Assembly: GCA_964016885.1 (NCBI GenBank)
Contig: OZ024742.1
Location: 225,122,001 to 225,186,000, forward strand
DNA from: Eledone cirrhosa
Taxonomy: Eukaryota
Direction: 5' to 3'
DNA length: 64,000 bases
This document shows, one piece after another, positions 63,170 through 64,000 of this stretch. Each line of letters opens with the position of its first letter. Positions within the stretch are counted from its first letter, which is position 1. The notes below the pieces were generated by a model. It ran no database searches. It saw only the letters and a list, made by a program, of their open reading frames with translations, and was not told where the DNA came from. The translations under genes and the position numbers were made by a program.

Positions 63170-63978
63170 GAAATACATCTATATTTCAGTGTTCTCCTCT
63201 CCTTTGCTGCCATCACCTCTGCCATGGCGTTTAAGTTGGCCCAGGTCTTTTCTCTAGTTATAATTTATTCCGCCTGGGCCAAACGTTCATTTTTTTTCTG
63301 TTAAGTCGAAATTGTATAGCGTTTGAATCTTTTCCGCTGTGGCCGCGAAAGTACTCCTGTTGTTGCTGCTGTTGTTGTTGCTGTTGTTGTAGACGTTCTT
63401 TTTGGTACTGCTGTTTTGCTGCTTTTCATTGTTGCTGATAGTGCTGTCGTTGTTCATGGTGTTGTTGTTGTCGCTGTTGCCGTTGTTCTTGGTACAGTTG
63501 TAGTTGTTCCTTTCGTTGTTGCAGTTGGTGTTAGTGTTGTTATTTTTACTTTCTGTTGGATCTCTTGCTGCCGTTGCTCTCTTCACCTGTTTCATTGTTG
63601 CTGTTGTTGCTGTCGTTATTCAGGTTCTTAGTGGTGATGCTGCTAATTTCATGTTTGCATGTTTGTGTTTGTGTGTCCATAATTGTGTCCATTTTTGTGT
63701 GTCCATAATTGTGCTTGAGTCCTTCCTCTCAACTTTCAAGTCGCTACCCTGAGACGGCAGACTTAATGTGTGGGGGTGTCTCGTCCATGTTTTTTTTTGT
63801 TGTTTTTTTAATGAGAAAAATATATAATGTTCAAATATTATAACGTCTCCCCTTCACAGGGCAAAGACACTCGTCTTACGAACTTTTCCAAATCAATATA
63901 ACAATTAATACAGATGGAAAAAAAAATGAAAATATACCACTTTGCGGAGCTCAAATAAACACGTCTTCCCTGTCTGAC
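63170..63978 (-). pseudogene. 5' UTR and N-terminal ORF1 stub of a further Tx1-like LINE (3' part lost)
   Basis: TGAGCTCCGCAAAG is shared with the 5' end of LINE B (~28888-28901); AAAAAAACATGG start at 63788; Asn-rich run followed by STFAATAEK (compare ISFAGIAKN, LSFARVAKQ). Confidence 0.6.
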
Positions 63979-64000
63979 AGCCAATGGTTTCTCATATAGG

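Overview
A eukaryotic, transposon-saturated window rich in microsatellites, with no recognisable host gene. The SINE families and the (TA)n/(CA)n/(AAT)n load suggest an octopus-like cephalopod (inference). Most ORFs in the track are microsatellite or antisense artefacts. (1) 8.5-29.8 kb is a chain of retroelements joined by (AAT)n. It holds two intact, nearly identical L1/Tx1-clade LINEs (minus strand, tandem period about 6.35 kb), a third Tx1 with a near-identical ORF2 but a different ORF1/5'UTR, and a fourth Tx1 3' fragment. It also holds plus-strand R4/Dong-type RLE-LINE fragments (one 246-bp piece repeated three times with the same ends) and tRNA-derived SINEs. The SINE and Tx1 3' ends share a covarying CUUGU-loop hairpin that also sits just upstream of ORF1. 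A conserved GTAAGT...CAG pair would splice ORF1 in frame to ORF2. (2) Many Penelope-like element (PLE) pieces lie in (TA)n tracts, mainly at 1-3 kb, 32-43.5 kb and 52-60 kb. They carry more than 10 type I hammerhead-ribozyme motifs, including a recurrent non-canonical CCGANGA core and fold-back mini-elements. (3) Also present: a decayed RLE-LINE in (CATA)n, a decayed hAT transposon, CORE-type SINE relics, a 2-kb GGT-based minisatellite and the 5' stub of another Tx1. All structures were read by eye; no database searches were run.
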